From Azolla caroliniana (lineage: Eukaryota > Plantae > Polypodiophyta), in NCBI GenBank assembly GCA_043228905.1, contig JBHGNT010000015.1:19220001-19284000 (forward strand): 64,000 bases of DNA, written 5' to 3'. The notes below the pieces were generated by a model. It ran no database searches. It was not told the origin of the DNA and was given only the letters and a program-made list of their open reading frames with translations. The translations under genes were made by a program, and so were the position numbers. Below are positions 59,101 to 64,000 of the stretch, in pieces. Position 1 is the first letter of the stretch. Each line of letters opens with the position of its first letter.

Positions 59101-62100
59101 CCCCATACGAACCTCTATCGGATGACATAATCCGATATTCTTCCCAAGGAGAAGTATTCCTTGTAGGAGACTTCAATGCGAGAACCCAATCCCGACAATG
59201 CACAATATTTCAGATGAATAGAAACCTAGAAATGGTAAATGTCGATCCTTTAGACATAGGCACCACATGTAGATCAAAGGATCAAGGTGCGGACGCCACG
59301 AGCTTTGGCCATCATCTGCTCGAACTTGCCAGTCGGCACCGGATGGTCATATATAATGGTTTAGCCAAGTGGCCGGGCTCGGAAGAGCTCACGTGTTTCC
59401 CACATGGAGGAGGGGAAAGCACAGTTGATTATCTAATAGGACGCCTTGAAGCTACCCACATGATTAACTCCTTCCGGGTGGCCCCATGCCCTATTGGCGT
59501 AGACCATAGTTTCTTATACTTCGAGCTCAAATGTGATATCTCTAAGGTCACCAACTCTAGTCAACCACGTCATCACACCACAATACATTTCACACATGAG
59601 CTCTTTGACATATACTCTCAACATGTTCAGGCCCATCTCTCCTCCCTTGATCCCTCCCTACCTTTAGAAAGCCTTAGTACGAAACTCACACACATCCTTC
59701 AATCTGCAACAACTAGTAGTTTCCCATATACAAAACACTCAAATCAAGGCAGATCAGGATCTATGCCATAAAATAAATGGTATGATGAGGATTGTAGGGA
59801 CTTACATAGACAACTTACAGTATCACAACTCAATGGTAGTATTACCTCAATACAAGCTCGTAAAGAAATGCACAAGATGACACGTCGTAAGAGACGGGCG
59901 TGGGAGGCATCCCAATATTGGGAACTCTACCATATGCTCATGAGTAGCTATTGCGCCACGGCATGGAAGAGACTACGGGAGCCAAGACCACAAACACCCA
60001 TCGAAGATCCCGAAACCTGGCACACATATACAGAGAGACTTTACCAAATCCCAAACCAACCACCGGGGACACTTTTCACAACCTCTAGGGTCGCGAAGGT
60101 CATAAGGAAATTACAACATAGGAAGTCCATGGACCACATAGGATTGCGAGCAAAACACATTATATATGCGAGAGAGTGCCTAGCTCCCTTGCTAACTCTA
60201 ATCTTCAATCGTGCCCTTGCGGAGGGTTTTCCACCACAGTGGACTATGAACACAGTGGCCCCCATACATAAAGGGGGGGATCCCATGGACCCAAATACAT
60301 ATAGGACCATTATGATAGGTCATACCCTTGCTAAATTATATGGTGCAGTAATGGAAGTAGAGCTTAGCGATTATATGGAGACCCTAAATCTCCGTGGACC
60401 TGAACAAGCTGGCTTTAGACGAGCCTTCTCCACCATTGATCATATCTTCACACTTAGATGCTTAATTGACCAAACTAAGGCTCGCAAGAAGAAATTATAT
60501 TGTTGTTTTGTGGACTTACGCAAGGCCTTTGACACAGTCCCTAGAGAGCGGTTGTTTGATAGGCTTAAAAGCTTGAGGATACCAGATGACATGGTCTAGG
60601 CCATCTACGCACTATATGAACAAGTGTCCGGGTGTGTCTGATGCCCAGGTGGCCTATCCAATTGTTTCACTAGCACTATTGGTGTAAAACAAGGTTGCCC
60701 CCTATCACCGACACTTTTTGGGATCTACATTGATGAGATCACAGATTTTATTGCTCGTAAGGGAGGCAACAGAGTAGTCCTTGGGGATACCCAGGTTCGT
60801 CGTATCTTTCTCTATGCGGATGACATAGTTTTGCTCTCTGAATCCGAACACGACCTACAAAGGCACCTTTTGTGCACAACGAGGATTGGTAGTGAATCTA
60901 GGGAAAACTAAAGTCCTTATCTTCCACACATCGGCCCAAGTTAGAGCTAAGTGTCACCTAACTATCTCCCATAGCCCAGTTGAGGTGGTTGGATCATACA
61001 TCTATCTCGGAGTCACTTTTAGTGCTCGCTCAGGTAAATTTTCGATGACACAGGCAGCGAAGGATAGACTTACGAGAGGACATGCATCCCTCTCACTCCT
61101 AGAGAGACAATGCCACCAAGCATACTTTCAAGAGCCATGGACTAAAGGGTGGCTCTTTGACTCATTAGTGACCCCCTCCCTCATGTATGCATCAACGGTT
61201 TGGGCTCCAGGATTACCATCTTTCATGTGGACGCAATTAGAGAGACCATTGGTGATGATGTTATCACGCCAACTCCGAAGCAAATCGACAGTACCACATG
61301 ACATTATTAGGGCTGAGTTCACGTTACCCCCAATGTTAGTAGGGCACTTTTCCAACTTGTAGTCTTTCTTCATAGGATACATAGCCAACCACATGATAGA
61401 ATATCTCATCAAGCCTTTAAGGCCTCTCGATCATTGTATGAGTCCGGCTATACTAGCTCATGGTATGGCATGATGGTGAGTTGGCTTCTTGTGAATGGTC
61501 TAGACATTAATAACCTACCTCCCCTTAGGTACAAACCACACGATTGATAACACTTTAATCTCTCATGAGGACCGCAATAAAGTAATACGCCAAGACATAT
61601 GGCAAATTTACACTCGATATAAATGGATCACCCCACGAGAGCCACTCCTATCTAAAATGTTGTACTATAAGGAACACTTCATGCACTTCTTTGAGTTAGG
61701 TTTTATCACGCGGCCAAAATATCTAGATGTATTCTTACCACATGCACTAAGGGTTGCCATTGGACAACTTAGAATATCATCTCACCAACTTGAGATTGAG
61801 AATGGCCGTACTAATTGAGTCCCTAGGGAGGGAAGGATATGTAGGTTATGTCACATAGAGATAGAGGATGAGTATCACTTTACATGCAAGTGCCCAATCT
61901 ACGCCGAGATAAGGGCAAAATACCAAGACATACTTGGTTCCTCTCCCACCCTCCCAAACTATTAGATACTCTAGATATAAAAAAATTAGGCAAATACATT
62001 CTAGAGCTAAAACAACACAGAGAGAATAAGTTACAAAATGTTGACAATAATGTTGCTAATGTTCACCAACATGTAACAAATGATGTTTTTCAGGAACAAG

Positions 62101-62550
62101 GGGAGCCAACAAATGTCGACACACTTGCACCACTCGGCCTTTCCCTTGACGAGGCAAAAAACCAAAGAAGAACCAGACATCCTCGGGTGCCGGGTTTCAA
62201 AGCAACTTGACATGGTGTGGAAGCAATAATGAAAATAAGGGAATGTGAGCTACACCGCCTAGAAGCCATGGCTAGGGCACTCTCTACATTGGAACCACGG
62301 GTCACACCCACATCAAAACCCTTTGACCCCCCACTTCTTTTCGAGAGGCTTGGGTGGAAATAAAATTAGGATTAGTGTAAAGTCACTTCCTTTATCGAGT
62401 ATACCACGTATTGTACACTACTAGAACTCTTTTAGCTTAAGTTCTATGTTTACTTTATTTTATTTTAGTTATGATGACTGGATAAATACTCATTTTGTTA
62501 TAAACCAATTGTCTCATGGGCCAAATTTGGCCTTAGAAGACGTTAATATT

Positions 62551-62589
<39 letters not shown>

Positions 62590-62964
62590 CTAGAATTTGC
62601 AACTCTTTAAATACCTCTCTCTAGAATCTACAACGCTTTAAATGCCTTCTCTCTCTTCAACTTTTCCAAGATATTCCCTCTTATTCCTAGATTATTGTAC
62701 CTGTTTGGTAGTACGACAATCACTTCACTACCAAACAATCATTTCACTCACGCTTCCCAATTTTGTGTAAATAGGCTATACCAGCCTCGTTTGTAAAGAC
62801 TTTATTTTTTGCTGCTACTTGCAAACAAGCTCTACTTTTTAGCTGTGTCTCTACTATTTGCAACCATTTTTTGCTACTGCCGTCTAACAGCCTTCTCACA
62901 GCTTGGTTTTGTCTATTTCGTTCTAACAACTATTCCGCTGGTGCTATTAACAGCTTTTCTCACA
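53182..62964 (+). mobile_element. Ty1/copia LTR retrotransposon, degenerate; 3' LTR interrupted by a LINE
   Basis: 5' LTR 53182-53615, PBS tggtatcagagc, gag (YCGYKGHIQPDC), VDNGATAHI, integrase (HMDLCGP, NGVAERKNRT), RT, RNase H (YSDADWAGD, RTKHIEVHYHF), PPT gagaggagg, 3' LTR 57807-~57965 plus ~62589-62964. TSD not clean. Confidence 0.92.
57966..62588 (+). mobile_element. Near full-length non-L1 LINE (RTEX-like): ORF1 + ORF2 (APE, RT, CCHC) with (TTTC)n tail
   Basis: ORF1 ~57970-58660 (coiled-coil, LVLQF, IYLDEDLT); APE (WNCNG, ETH, GDFNART, TVDY, DH); RT (PIHKGGD, QAGFR, FVDLRKAFD, GVKQGCPLSP, YADD); CRLCHIEIEDEYHFTCKC; 3' ggccaaatttggcc hairpin then ~10 TTTC units. Several stops and frameshifts. 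Confidence 0.9.
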
Positions 62965-63544
62965 ACAGTCCCCACCCATGTAAGAGTCGCAGAAGACTTC
63001 CAGAAACCGGCAACAAACTGAGGACCAAGGTCACTGACAATGGTATTGAGAAGCTATAAGTTGGCCTACTTCTGAAGACAGAAGATCACTTGTAGCTTCA
63101 CTGAACTAGGTGTAGCAAGGAAAGAAATGTGCCACAATCATGAACAAACATAGCATCACGAAGATCAATCTTAGTGAACTATAATGTGCCTTGAAACCGT
63201 TCAAGCAATTCCCAATTAAATGAAGAGAATATTGGGTACACAATGATCTTATTTGGCCCCAATAATCCACAATGAGGTGTAGAGAACCATCCTACTTGAT
63301 TACGAAGAAGGATAAGGACTCCCATAGTTGACTAAGAATGTCAAATAAACCTGTGAAGTCAATTTTTGTTCATAAGAAAAGACTGTGGCAAATATGTTGG
63401 ATGCTAAGATGTCTAAGAATAAAGTGCGATATGAAAGGATTAAGTATTAAAGGAGGACGGAACTTGAAGGGATATAAAGTTAGAGGCGTTTTTCAAAAGT
63501 AAAAAATGCAGAAAAAAGCAAGGCGTGGATATTAAGATTTAGGT

Positions 63545-64000
63545 AGAAAGAAAGAAAGAAGAAAGATATATTAACGTCTTTTAAGAGGCCAAAATGGCCT
63601 ATAAGACCAAATAACAGATTACATCTTAAGTGTTGTCTCGTCTTTGAGAACAAATCAAAATAAATAAATAGTACACAGTAAATATAAAAGTAAATAAGAT
63701 GAAAAGAAAAGAAACGAGGGAATCTGGTTTTTGGCACATGTGAGATTCTCAAGTTAGGTATATTGTAGCTTTTGTCTTCAAAAGATCTCTAGCATAAGTC
63801 GATCCAAAATGGAAATGTCTTCGAAGCGAGGGAAGCACCTATGATGGCGGGAGATAATGGCTTTTATCTGTCGATGACAAGGGTGTTGAGGTCGTGGTCC
63901 ATGGGGCCGGGGCCTACGTGCACGAAAAATTGCTATTGCCCGATCAATTGTAACCCCTTTGTTATGTCCTGGTCTAGAGCCCATTTGTGTATCCCGTGAT
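63545..64000 (-). mobile_element. 3' end of a related LINE subfamily
   Basis: Reverse strand ends 'ataggccattttggcctcttaaaagacgttaatatatctttcttctttctttctttct', matching the 3' signature at ~62515-62588 and ~1720-1770. Confidence 0.8.

Larger units (their letters stand above)
52570..63420 (-). mobile_element. Ancient gypsy remnant split by the copia insertion (pieces ~52570-53180 and ~62965-63420)
   Basis: Minus strand ~63130-63360 reads as decayed RT (ggatggttctctacac, gtggattat, ttcactaagattgatcttcgt = FTKIDLR); integrase-like traces at ~52700-53000 are weaker. Confidence 0.5.

Noticed and set aside
53177-62969. TSD for the second copia
   Set aside because: Flanks aacaa and acagt do not match in register, so no TSD is claimed.

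Overview
AT-rich eukaryotic nuclear DNA from a land plant; gene structures and TE families suggest a seed-free plant such as a fern (inference). It holds four apparently intact genes. (1) An 11-exon class III alcohol dehydrogenase/GSNOR (+, 2370-8877) with an unexpected ~50-aa N-terminal extension resembling a mitochondrial presequence. (2) A PPR-SMR gene with a single coding exon (-, 10482-13295). (3) Mitochondrial ribosomal protein mL53 (-, 31039-31419). (4) A 12-exon CERK1/LYK-type LysM receptor kinase (-, 32952-46852), plus the last exon of a tandem paralog at 52256-52378. The rest is largely retroelements: a rearranged chromovirus (Ty3/gypsy) complex containing two long inverted repeats, two copia elements (one with a nested solo LTR, one with a LINE in its 3' LTR), a second solo LTR, an L1 whose 5' junction carries a perfect 60-bp hairpin of host DNA, and three copies of a non-L1 LINE family ending in a stem-loop plus (TTTC)n tail. 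Best leads: a possibly organelle-targeted GSNOR; a LysM-RLK cluster with an FAQ motif, divergent activation loop and W-box-multiplying promoter triplication; retroelement-generated hairpins. All coordinates and translations were read by eye and no database searches were run.
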